From positions 1,344,001-1,408,000 of the forward strand of contig CAXXOA010000002.1 of NCBI GenBank assembly GCA_963666275.2: DNA of 64,000 bases, written 5' to 3'. This stretch comes from Oceanispirochaeta sp. (GTDB lineage: Bacteria > Spirochaetota > Spirochaetia > DSM-2461). The notes under the pieces were generated by a model. It worked only from the letters and a program-made list of their open reading frames with translations. It was not told the origin of the DNA and searched no databases. The translations under genes were made by a program, and so were the position numbers. Shown here in pieces: positions 29,061 through 38,009 of the stretch (within the stretch, counting starts at the first letter, position 1; every line of letters begins with the position of its first letter).

Positions 29061-29951
29061 ATGACTTTAAACAGCAAAACCGGGGATAGAATATTCGGGA
29101 ATTTACTTCTTCTCCCTTCCATCCTTATTGTGGGAGGCTTTATCTTTCTTCCGGTTATTCAATCCGTATTCTACAGTTTCTTCAACTACAAACTCACAAG
29201 GAAGAAGATGCCCCTTGACTGGAACAACTTCGGGAACTACCGGAGCCTCTGGGAGAGCGGGAAGCTTCAGAATGCTTTTTCCGTCACTTTTACCTTTATG
29301 ATCATGGTGGTTATCGCCGTTTTTCTGCTGGGGATGATCATGGCAGTCCTCCTCAGGAAGGGGTCGTCCGGAACAAGACTGAAAAGGAGTCTCTCTCTCC
29401 TGCCCTGGGGCACTCCCACGGTTATCGTGGCCCTTTTATGGTCATGGATGTTTCAGGCCGAATACGGGGTTGTGAACTTCCTTCTGCTGAAGCTCCATAT
29501 TATTTCCGAACCGGTCAGTTTTCTTGTTAATCCCTCTACAGCTCTGGGCGCTGTGGCCGTAGCCGCTGTCTGGAGGCAGCTGCCCTTCATGTTCATTATG
29601 CTTCTGGCAGGACTCCAGGGCATCCCGGCGGAAATGTACGAAGCCGCCCATATGGACGGGGCCTCGGGAGTTCAGACCTTCCGTCATGTGACCCTCCCTT
29701 TTCTGAGGAATGTTATCCGTTCCAGCATCCTCGTGACGATAATTACCAATTTCAAGCAGTTTCCTCTTTTCTGGACAATGACAGGAGGAGGCCCCATGGG
29801 GAAGACAGAAACCCTGGCCATCCTGACCTATAAAAATGCCTTTGGAAACCTCAATTTCGGTGTAGGAGCCGCTGTCGCGGCTGCCTGGATGGCTGTGCTT
29901 ATCCTTTTTTCACTGGTTTACAACAGGGTTTTCAAGGAAGCGGAGTACTGA
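29061..29951 (+). CDS. Carbohydrate ABC transporter permease 1
   Basis: EAA motif 'LQGIPAEMYEAAHMDGAS'. Confidence 0.92.
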   Translation: MTLNSKTGDRIFGNLLLLPSILIVGGFIFLPVIQSVFYSFFNYKLTRKKMPLDWNNFGNYRSLWESGKLQNAFSVTFTFMIMVVIAVFLLGMIMAVLLRKGSSGTRLKRSLSLLPWGTPTVIVALLWSWMFQAEYGVVNFLLLKLHIISEPVSFLVNPSTALGAVAVAAVWRQLPFMFIMLLAGLQGIPAEMYEAAHMDGASGVQTFRHVTLPFLRNVIRSSILVTIITNFKQFPLFWTMTGGGPMGKTETLAILTYKNAFGNLNFGVGAAVAAAWMAVLILFSLVYNRVFKEAEY

Positions 29952-29952
29952 T

Positions 29953-30789
29953 ATGAAGAAAAAAATACGTTTGTCTTCCCTGATTGCCGGTGGGGTGGTC
30001 ATCCTGCTGGGGCTGTTCCTGCTCTTTCCCCTGTACTGGATTGTTGTGACGTCCTTCAAAAACAATATGGATATCTACAGGTTCCCCCCGCAGTTCATAC
30101 CGGTCCATTTTACCCTTGCCAACTACCTGGGAATCTTCCGGGACAATTCGGTGGTGCTCTATCTTGTAAATAACCTTCTGGTTTCGGCGGGGGCCACAAT
30201 TCTGACTCTGGGAGCCTCCTCTCTGGCGGGGTACTCCCTCTCCCGGTATCCTTCCCGGTTCGGAAAGTTTGTCGGAACATCACTGCTCTCCACCCAGATG
30301 TTCCCCATTGTGGGGCTGATTCTGGCCCTGTATATGATTTTCCGTAATATGAATCTGATCAATAACAGACTCAGCCTGATCCTCTCTCTTGCGGCTATAA
30401 CCATTCCCTTTTGTACGATCCTGATCAAGGGCTTTTTTGATGATATCTCCCGGTCTCTGGAAGAGGCGGCCCGCATCGACGGCTGTTCCCGCTTCAGGAC
30501 CCTGGTCTCCATCATCATGCCTCTGTCCAAGCCGGGGCTGCTGGCCATCGGGCTCTTCACTTTCATGCAGGCCTGGGATGACTTCCTCTTTGCCATCACT
30601 TTTATCCTTTCCGACGAAAAACGCACCCTTTCCGCGGGGATTGCCATGAAATTCCTGGGAGAGGTTTCCTACGACTGGGGAATGGTTACTACGGTTTCCG
30701 TGGCGGGGGTTATTCCCATGTTTATTCTTATCTTTGCGTTTCAGCGGTACATGGTGGCTGGCCTGACAGCCGGGGCGGTGAAAGGATGA
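29953..30789 (+). CDS. Carbohydrate ABC transporter permease 2
   Basis: 'LEEAARIDGCSR', C-terminal 'GLTAGAVKG'. Confidence 0.92.
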   Translation: MKKKIRLSSLIAGGVVILLGLFLLFPLYWIVVTSFKNNMDIYRFPPQFIPVHFTLANYLGIFRDNSVVLYLVNNLLVSAGATILTLGASSLAGYSLSRYPSRFGKFVGTSLLSTQMFPIVGLILALYMIFRNMNLINNRLSLILSLAAITIPFCTILIKGFFDDISRSLEEAARIDGCSRFRTLVSIIMPLSKPGLLAIGLFTFMQAWDDFLFAITFILSDEKRTLSAGIAMKFLGEVSYDWGMVTTVSVAGVIPMFILIFAFQRYMVAGLTAGAVKG

Positions 30790-32372
30790 AAAAAATGACG
30801 CAGGACTACCTGGATAGAAAAACAGGAAAAGGACCCTTTTCCTATGATCCTGACAAGGAGCTGCCCAATATTCTGATGGTGACTATGGATATGGTACCGC
30901 CGGATTTCTACAACGCCAGGGTTCCAGTGGACACTCCCTTTCAGAGGAGTCTGGCCGATGAGGGGATCTCCTACAGCAGGGCCTTTTCGACCTCTCCTCT
31001 CTGCGGCCCTTCCCGGGCGGCTATCCTGACGGGACGCTATCCCTACATTACAGGAAACTCCGAACGGGCCCATGACGGGCATCAGACAGAGCTCCGCAGC
31101 GAGGATATTATCTGGCCCGAATACCTGAAGGCCCGGGGATACCATACAAGGCATATCGGAAAATCCCATGTGGGGACAGAGCACTTCATGAGAGCCTTCA
31201 GCGAAAACTGCTCTCCCTGGGACCGATGGTCCCCCCCCTGGTTTAACGAGGACCTTTACATTCAGTTCCTCAAGGATAAGGGGCTGGGCAGGTTCTCTTT
31301 CAAAAAAGAGATCCGCGGATGCAGCTGGGAGGGATCGCGGAACGGAAACTCCTACGGAGGCTGGCTGGCCGACCAGAAGGGTGAGCCCTTTCCGGAAAAC
31401 GCGCTCTATCCCTCTTTTCTTGTCGAAAGGACCATACAGACCCTGGAAAACAGGGAGAATCCGAACCAGCCCTTCTATATGCAGCTGGATTTTTTCGGCC
31501 CCCATCAGCCCTTTGCCATTCCAGGCGGCTGGGAGAAACGGGAGGAGGAGATCCGAAAGCAGATCACCCTGCCCGAAAGCTGGCTGGAGTGGGAAGCTGC
31601 CGGGTTCCCCGACAGAACCGGTGATCCCCGTGTCTATGACATGTATAGGAGAAACTGGGGAATGAAGAGCCGGGAGGATATGACTGATTATCTTGTGGCC
31701 AATCAGCTGCAGTATGAAATCCTGGACAGGCAGCTCGGCCGGCTTTTGAGCTATCTGAAAGAAAGAGATCTCTACGATTCAACCCTGATTGTGTTTACGG
31801 CCGATCATGGGGAGATGAACGGCCGCAAGGGCTGTATCGACAAGGGTGCCTATCTGAACCCCCAGGTCCTGCAGGTTCCACTCTATGTAAAACCCGCCGG
31901 ATCTCCTGTGCAGCAGTCTCCTCTGGTTATTGACTCGCCCAGTTCCCTTCTGGATATCTGTCCGACCATGCTGGACGCGGCGGGCATCTCGATTCCCGAA
32001 AGAGTGGATGGACAGAACCTCTTCGACTCGGCCCGGGGAGTCCCCCGGCCGGAGGAAAAACCGGTTATGGCTGATGTGTGGAACCATGTGGTTCCCAATC
32101 CCTGTGTGGGGAGGGTCTTTTCCCACAGGGGCCGGTGGTATCTCTACAGCTACAACACCACGTCCTTCCGGGATGAGCTTTACAGTCTTGACTCTTCAGG
32201 ATCCCTGGAGAATCTGATCGATAGGGAAGAGGCTCCTGTTCAGGAGGGGATCATCCGGATGTATGAAGCCCTCTCCGCCGATGCCCGGTGGGATGTGTAC
32301 AACTGCTATTTCAAACTGGAACATGCGGAAGATCTGGGGCTGAAACCCGGAGATAACCAGAAGTTCGAATAA
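30786..32372 (+). CDS. Cys-type sulfatase
   Basis: CxPxR motif 'LCGPSRAAILTG', 'GKSH', 'TADHG'; no signal peptide. Confidence 0.9.
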   Translation: MKKMTQDYLDRKTGKGPFSYDPDKELPNILMVTMDMVPPDFYNARVPVDTPFQRSLADEGISYSRAFSTSPLCGPSRAAILTGRYPYITGNSERAHDGHQTELRSEDIIWPEYLKARGYHTRHIGKSHVGTEHFMRAFSENCSPWDRWSPPWFNEDLYIQFLKDKGLGRFSFKKEIRGCSWEGSRNGNSYGGWLADQKGEPFPENALYPSFLVERTIQTLENRENPNQPFYMQLDFFGPHQPFAIPGGWEKREEEIRKQITLPESWLEWEAAGFPDRTGDPRVYDMYRRNWGMKSREDMTDYLVANQLQYEILDRQLGRLLSYLKERDLYDSTLIVFTADHGEMNGRKGCIDKGAYLNPQVLQVPLYVKPAGSPVQQSPLVIDSPSSLLDICPTMLDAAGISIPERVDGQNLFDSARGVPRPEEKPVMADVWNHVVPNPCVGRVFSHRGRWYLYSYNTTSFRDELYSLDSSGSLENLIDREEAPVQEGIIRMYEALSADARWDVYNCYFKLEHAEDLGLKPGDNQKFE

Positions 32373-32379
32373 CAGAGAC

Positions 32380-32403
32380 CTGCCCGGGGGCGGCTCCGGG
32401 CAG
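32380..32403. terminator. Hairpin between convergent genes
   Basis: CTGCCCGG..CCGGGCAG stem. Confidence 0.55.
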
Positions 32404-32404
32404 C

Positions 32405-33157
32405 TTACTTCAACCCGCCCAGAAGCTGCTCCAGCACGGCATTTCCAATGTGCAGGCCGAACATGCCCGTAACGGTAGGAAGGCTTCCCAGGACCCGGCG
32501 TTCTCTGCCCCGGTCCAGGATCTGCTCATTCCCTTCGGGCTTCTCCTCCTGGGAGGGGTCTTTGTAGTCGTAATCTACCTGTTCGGATGAATAGATAGCG
32601 GTGATGCCCTTTCCCACGCCCCGGCGGCGGAGTTTCTGCCTGACCTGACGGGCCAGGGGGCACATATGGGTTTTCATCAGATCCGATTTATGGATCGCAA
32701 AGGGGTCTGTTCTGAGGGCGGCCCCCATGGAAGAAACTATGGGGATTCCCGCTTTCCAGGAGTACTCCAGCAGGGTGAGCTTCGGGGCCATCGAATCGAT
32801 CGCATCCACCAGGATATCCGGTTTGATCCGGAAGATCTCCTCCATGGTTTCGTTGTGGGCAAAACCGGGGAAAATCTCCACCCGGCATTCCGGATTGATA
32901 TCTTCCACCCGCTGTCTGGCCGCTTCCACTTTCAGAACCCCCAGGGTCGACTCCAGCGCCAGAAGCTGTCTGTTTATATTGGTTCTGTTGACCCTGTCAA
33001 AATCTACAAGCTGGAAATTGCCGATACCGCTCCGGGCCAGGGATTCCAGGGCGTATCCCCCGACCGCTCCCATGCCGACGATAGTCACTCTCTTTTCCGA
33101 AAGGGCTTCGCGCCTTTCCTGTCCTATCAATCTGTCAATTCGTAAAAACCGCTCCAT
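32405..33157 (-). CDS. tcdA: tRNA threonylcarbamoyladenosine dehydratase (ThiF family)
   Basis: 'GMGAVG', 'TNINRQ', 'DAID', 'SSMGA', 'CPLAR', 'YSSE'. Confidence 0.88.
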   Translation of the reverse strand: MERFLRIDRLIGQERREALSEKRVTIVGMGAVGGYALESLARSGIGNFQLVDFDRVNRTNINRQLLALESTLGVLKVEAARQRVEDINPECRVEIFPGFAHNETMEEIFRIKPDILVDAIDSMAPKLTLLEYSWKAGIPIVSSMGAALRTDPFAIHKSDLMKTHMCPLARQVRQKLRRRGVGKGITAIYSSEQVDYDYKDPSQEEKPEGNEQILDRGRERRVLGSLPTVTGMFGLHIGNAVLEQLLGGLK

Positions 33158-33848
33158 TCCTGATTATTAGCTCTTCCAGCGCTTCCCTGTCAACACCGAG
33201 TGTCCGGGAGGCATTGCTGTAGAGGGTATTCATCAGAGCCGGGTAGGGGCCCTGAGCATAGGGCCAGTCACTTTCGAGAAGGATCCTTTCCCGGGGGAGG
33301 TTCCGGACCATCTCCAGAAAATCCTCATTAGCCCAATGGTGACCGGGGCCCAGAGACAGAAAGGCTCCCTGTTTCAGAAACCGCCGGGCGGTTTCGATCT
33401 TCTCCCTGAAACCATGGATGAGAAAGGGGACCGGGAGCTTTTCCCGTTCCAGCAGCTCCGCCAGAACGCCCGGGGCATGAACCTGATGAAGAGCCAGAGG
33501 CCTGGCGTAGCGCCGGGCCAGGTGAAACTGTTCCCGCAGGATTGTAATCTGAAGCGACCGGGAGATTCTCCTGTAGAATCTCCTGTCCAGGCCGCACTCG
33601 CCGATGCCCCAGGTTTTCTGGCGGCTGATCAGACCGGCCAGGTCCGCCATCATCAGAGCCCTCAGTTTCTGATCCTCCGGTATCTCCATGGGATGAAGCC
33701 CTGCAAAGATTCTGAAGGAGGGATTCTTCTCCTCTTTCAGGAGTTTCCAGTCTCCCGGTTTGGAGGCACAGCTCAGGTACCTGTCTGTACCGGAAGGGGA
33801 AAAGTCAGGATCATGACAGCTGTGCATGTGGGCATCTAAAAGGGGCAA
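33135..33848 (-). CDS. TatD-family hydrolase
   Basis: 'DAHMH', 'GLHP', 'IGECGLD', 'LLESD'. Confidence 0.88.
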   Translation of the reverse strand: MPLLDAHMHSCHDPDFSPSGTDRYLSCASKPGDWKLLKEEKNPSFRIFAGLHPMEIPEDQKLRALMMADLAGLISRQKTWGIGECGLDRRFYRRISRSLQITILREQFHLARRYARPLALHQVHAPGVLAELLEREKLPVPFLIHGFREKIETARRFLKQGAFLSLGPGHHWANEDFLEMVRNLPRERILLESDWPYAQGPYPALMNTLYSNASRTLGVDREALEELIIRNGAVFTN

Positions 33849-33849
33849 C

Positions 33850-34614
33850 CTAGAAGAACTCCTGCCGGAACAGGTTCAGTATTGTCAGGGCTACAACGGT
33901 AAGGAAAAACACCCGGATAAAGCCGGTCCCTTTCCGAATCACAAGATGGGACCCCAGCCAGGCGCCGCAGATCTGTCCCACCGCCATAACACCTCCTGCT
34001 ATAAAAATAACTTTTCCCCCCAGGAGGAACACCACAAGAGAGACGATGTTGCTTGTGAAGTTGGTCACTTTTGTATTGGCTGTGGCAGCTTTGAGATTGA
34101 ATCCCGCCAGTGTTACAAGGGATATGGTCCAGAACGAACCGGTTCCGGGCCCTATAAATCCATCATAAAATCCGATCACAAGCCCTGCCAGAGTGTAAAA
34201 AAGCCAGAGGGGGAGTTTTTCCCGGGACTCGGTTTTTCCAAGATCCGGACTGAACAGGGTATAGAGGAAGATTCCCAGCAGAAGAAAGGGGATTCCTTTC
34301 CGCAGGAAATCCGCTGAAATCCTCTGGATCAGCCAGGTTCCGCAGGCCGCGCCAATGAGAGTGGCGATCACGCCGATATAGAGCATCTCTTTTTTGACAA
34401 GCCCCGAGCCTGTGTAGCGGATAGCCGCCGTACTGGACCCGAAGGTCGACTGGAGTTTGTTGGTTGCCAGAGCCCTGTGGGGAGGCACTCCCACAGCCAT
34501 GAGGGCCGGGAGGGTTATCAGGCCGCCGCCGCCGGCGATGGAGTCCACAAAGCCGGCAATAAGTCCTGTAAAAAGGAGGAACATCAGTTTAAGAAAGGTG
34601 GGTTCGAATACCAT
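33850..34614 (-). CDS. TSUP (TauE/SafE) family transporter
   Basis: 'AGFVDSIAGGGGLI', 'GFYDGFIGPGTGSF'. Confidence 0.9.
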   Translation of the reverse strand: MVFEPTFLKLMFLLFTGLIAGFVDSIAGGGGLITLPALMAVGVPPHRALATNKLQSTFGSSTAAIRYTGSGLVKKEMLYIGVIATLIGAACGTWLIQRISADFLRKGIPFLLLGIFLYTLFSPDLGKTESREKLPLWLFYTLAGLVIGFYDGFIGPGTGSFWTISLVTLAGFNLKAATANTKVTNFTSNIVSLVVFLLGGKVIFIAGGVMAVGQICGAWLGSHLVIRKGTGFIRVFFLTVVALTILNLFRQEFF

Positions 34615-34786
34615 GCCCTATCCTACTCCTCCGGAATCCTTTTGTATAGATTCCGGGCAATTTTACCTATAAGAAGTTATTTTGACCTCCCGGTCGTTGT
34701 AAACGTGGTATTTTCCGGCGTTGGCACACTTTTTGTATTACTGTCAGTAGAATATATGCGGCTGCCGCCGCCGGGAGAAAATAGAT

Positions 34787-35041
34787 ATGTTTGAACTGCT
34801 GTTTCTTGCTCTGATAGTCATAACGGGTGGTGTCCTGATGCTGAAGGTTCTGTTTTTCCTTCTGGGACTGGTCTTCACAAGCGTGGGATTCTTTCTGAAA
34901 ATCCTTGTTACAGGAATCTTCGGACTCCTGCTGCTGCCTCTGGGGGCTCTCTTTTCAGGCGGGTTTCTTTTTATCATTGCCGCATTCATAGCTCTGGGAG
35001 CTCTGATCCGGGAGAGAGCCCCTGAGGAAAGAAGGCGATAA
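34787..35041 (+). CDS. Small hypothetical membrane protein
   Basis: Hydrophobic 84-aa ORF with a GGAG RBS. Confidence 0.65.
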   Translation: MFELLFLALIVITGGVLMLKVLFFLLGLVFTSVGFFLKILVTGIFGLLLLPLGALFSGGFLFIIAAFIALGALIRERAPEERRR

Positions 35042-35121
35042 AGACCTGTTGTCCCCGGGAGTTCTGTACTATAATAGCCCTAGTCTGTTAAAGACGGAAT
35101 ACCACTCCCGGAGGATCTGTT

Positions 35122-35415
35122 ATGTATACCGCCACCATCGAATATACCTTCAAAGAAGAAGGATTTAAAGAAGCCTGTGAAATCTGGGAGAAGAGTGTTC
35201 TGACCCTGGCCCGCCAGCAGGAGGGATTTGTAAGGATGCAGTTTCTGACAGCTCCTCCGAAAGCCCTCGCCATGGGAACCTGGCAGGATGCCAGCTATGC
35301 CCAGGCTTTTATGCAGACCGGAGTCTTCAAAGATCTTCTTGAAAAACTCCAGCCCCTGCTGGAAGGGGATCCCCGTCCGAAAATATGGGATCTTGCCTAC
35401 TTTGCTCAGGCATGA
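35122..35415 (+). CDS. ABM-like dimeric alpha/beta barrel protein
   Basis: 97 aa, 'QEGF..W.D..A.AF' pattern; GGAGG RBS. Confidence 0.7.
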   Translation: MYTATIEYTFKEEGFKEACEIWEKSVLTLARQQEGFVRMQFLTAPPKALAMGTWQDASYAQAFMQTGVFKDLLEKLQPLLEGDPRPKIWDLAYFAQA

Positions 35416-35427
35416 TTGTATTAGGAT

Positions 35428-36897
35428 ATGACTCTACTCTGGTACGATCTTGAAACATTTGGAAGAAATCCCCGTTGGGACAGGGTGGCCCAGTTTGCCG
35501 CTGTCCGGACAAATGATAAATTTGAGCCCATAGAAGATCCTATAGTCCTGTTCTGCCGGATCACCCCTGATTATGTTCCCGACCCCTACGCCTGTCTGAT
35601 CACAGGAATTACTCCCCAGGAAACCCTGGAGAAGGGACTGCGGGAGTATGATTTTATTAAAGCTATCGATAAGGAATTTTCCCGGCCCGGCACCTGTGTG
35701 GTGGGGTATAACAGCATCCGTTTTGACGATGAGTTTATCCGCAGCCTCTATTACAGAAACTTCTATGACCCCTACAGACGGGAGTGGGCCGACGGGAATT
35801 CCCGCTGGGACATTCTTGACCTGGTACGGGCGACCCATGATCTGAGGCCCGAGGGGATCAGCTGGATCTATACGGAAGAGGGAAAACCCCAGTTCAAACT
35901 GGAAAAACTCACAGAGGCCAATGGGATCACCCATGAACATGCCCATGACGCTCTCTCGGATGTGTACGCCACCATTGCCATGGCCAAACTGATTTCGGAC
36001 AAACAGCCCAAGCTGTTCCGCTGGGTGTTCCATCACAGAAAGAAAGACGATCTGCGGAAAGTCATCAATCTGGAAACCCGGGAACCCTTTCTCCATACGT
36101 CGGGTATGCTGACCAGTGTAAAGGGATGTACCACCATGATGGCCCCCCTTGTCACCGATCCTGTGGTAAGCAGTAAAATTCACTGCTTTGACCTGAGGGT
36201 GGATCCGGCCTCTCTGATGGAGCTGGATGTGGAGGGAATCCGATACAGGCTTTTCACCCCTTCCCGGCAGCTGGAGGAGGAAGGGCTGGAACGTATCCCC
36301 ATCAAGGGAATCCATCTGGGGAAATGCCCTGTCGTGGCACCGCTGAATACCCTGGACGATCAGGCGGCGGAGAGGCTGGGAATCGATCGGGAGCTGTGCC
36401 GGAAACACTGGGAAACTCTCCAGTCCGATCCCGCCCTGCTTCAGAAAGTGCGGAAGGTCTTTGAAAAAGAGACAGCCCTCTATCCGGGAGACGAAGATCC
36501 GGACCTGCAGATCTATTCGGGAGGATTCTTCCGGGATGACGACAAGGCCCGGCTCAGGATCATCCACGAAACCCCGGCGGAAGAGCTGAAAACCCTGAAC
36601 CTGCAGTTCCATGACTCCCGGATCCCCGAAATGTTCCGCCGCTTTATCGGACGGAACTTTCCCCAGACCCTGGACGAAGAGGATATGCGCATATGGAAGA
36701 GCTCCTGTGCCTCCAGGATTCTCTTTCCCAAAGCCCGGGACGTGGTAGACCACGGAGAGTTCCTCAAAATCCTGGAAAAACTGAAATACTCCACCGACGT
36801 GAGCCCCAGAGAAAAGATGGTGGTCAAAGCCCTGGTCGAGTACGAAGGCATCCTCCAGGCTCAGGTGCTGAGCCACTCAAACAAAAAGGACAGGTAA
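35428..36897 (+). CDS. sbcB: Exodeoxyribonuclease I
   Basis: 'WYDLETFG', 'GYNSIRFDDE', 'HAHDALSDV', 'QIYSGGFF'. Confidence 0.94.
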   Translation: MTLLWYDLETFGRNPRWDRVAQFAAVRTNDKFEPIEDPIVLFCRITPDYVPDPYACLITGITPQETLEKGLREYDFIKAIDKEFSRPGTCVVGYNSIRFDDEFIRSLYYRNFYDPYRREWADGNSRWDILDLVRATHDLRPEGISWIYTEEGKPQFKLEKLTEANGITHEHAHDALSDVYATIAMAKLISDKQPKLFRWVFHHRKKDDLRKVINLETREPFLHTSGMLTSVKGCTTMMAPLVTDPVVSSKIHCFDLRVDPASLMELDVEGIRYRLFTPSRQLEEEGLERIPIKGIHLGKCPVVAPLNTLDDQAAERLGIDRELCRKHWETLQSDPALLQKVRKVFEKETALYPGDEDPDLQIYSGGFFRDDDKARLRIIHETPAEELKTLNLQFHDSRIPEMFRRFIGRNFPQTLDEEDMRIWKSSCASRILFPKARDVVDHGEFLKILEKLKYSTDVSPREKMVVKALVEYEGILQAQVLSHSNKKDR

Positions 36898-36948
36898 CTC
36901 AGACGGGTCTCTCACGGAACAGTAGGGAAAAACAGCCAAGCAGTACAG

Positions 36949-37991
36949 AACCCCCAGGTGGTAAAGGGTAAACGCCAAGCTGTAAGTAACCTCTAGGAAA
37001 GGGTGTGGAAAAGCTGTGCTGAGGGTTACCGCAACCCCCAGGTGGTAAAGGGTAGACGCCAAGCTGTAAGGAACACCCTAGGAAAGGGCGTGGGGAAAGC
37101 TGTGCTGAGGGTTACCGCAACCCCCAGGTGGTAAAGGGTAGACGCCAAGCTGTAAGGAAACCCCTAGGAAAGGGCGTGGGGAAAGCTGTGCTGAGGGTTA
37201 CCGGAACACCCAGGTGGTAAAGGGTAGACGCCAAGCTGTAAGGAACACCCTAAGAAAGGGCAATTCATGAATTGCCCATACACCGTGACAGGCAACCCTC
37301 ACCGTGAAAGGTAAGAGCTCCCCGGCGCTCTGTCCCTTCTCTGCCGACTCTCACCGGAACACCCGACTGCTGAACGGTAGACGCCAAGCTGTAAGGAACA
37401 CCCTAGGAAAGGGCGTGGAAAAGCTGTACCCCCCAGGTGGTAAAGGGTAAACACCAAGCTGTAAGGAACACCCTAGGAAAGGGCAATTCATGAATTGCCC
37501 ATACACCGTGACAGGCAACCCTCACCGTGAAAGGTAAGAGCTCCCCGGCGCTCTGTCCCTTCTCTGCCGACTCTCACCGGAACACCCGACTGCTGAAGGG
37601 TAAACGCCAAGCTGTAAGTAAACCCCTAGGAAAGGGCGTGGAAAAGCTGTGCTGAGGGTTACTGTACCCCCCAGGTGGTAAAGGGTAAACGCCAAGCTGT
37701 AAGTAACCCCAAGGAAAGGGCGTGGAAAAGCTGTGCTGAGGGTTACTGTACCCCCCAGGTGGTAAAGGGTAGACGCCAAGCTGTAAGTAACCCCTAGGAA
37801 AGGGCGTGGAAAAGCTGTACCCCCCAGGTAGTAAAGGGTAGACGCCAAGCTGTAAGGAACACCCTAGGAAAGGGCAATTCATGAATTGCCCATACACCGT
37901 GACTGGCAACCCTCTCCCTGAAAGGTAAGAGCTCCCCGGCGCTTGGTCCCTTCTCTGCCGACTCTCGCCGGAACTCCCGGCTGCTGAAGGG
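36949..37991. repeat. Hierarchical tandem repeat array: 10 core units, three containing a REP-like palindrome
   Basis: CCAAGCTGTAAG at 36975, 37059, 37145, 37231, 37384, 37454, 37607, 37692, 37776 and 37845; GGGCAATTCATGAATTGCCC at 37258, 37481 and 37872. Confidence 0.95.
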
Positions 37992-38009
37992 AGTCGAAAG
38001 GCCTGAAGC

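Noticed and set aside
23369..36876. Long antisense ORFs opposite lnt (23369..24790), LacI (26614..27576), the SBP (27822..28994) and sbcB (35434..36876)
   Set aside because: They mirror well-supported genes and recur throughout the high-GC zone, consistent with codon-usage shadows.
36877..37909. Minus-strand ORFs 36877..37062, 37522..37848 and 37574..37909
   Set aside because: They are translations of the DNA repeat; unit lengths of 85, 86 and 70 bp break the frame, and no RBS is evident.
36949..37991. CRISPR array interpretation of the repeat region
   Set aside because: The inter-core sequences are themselves repeated (three tail types), periods range from 69 to 153 bp, and no cas genes are in the window.
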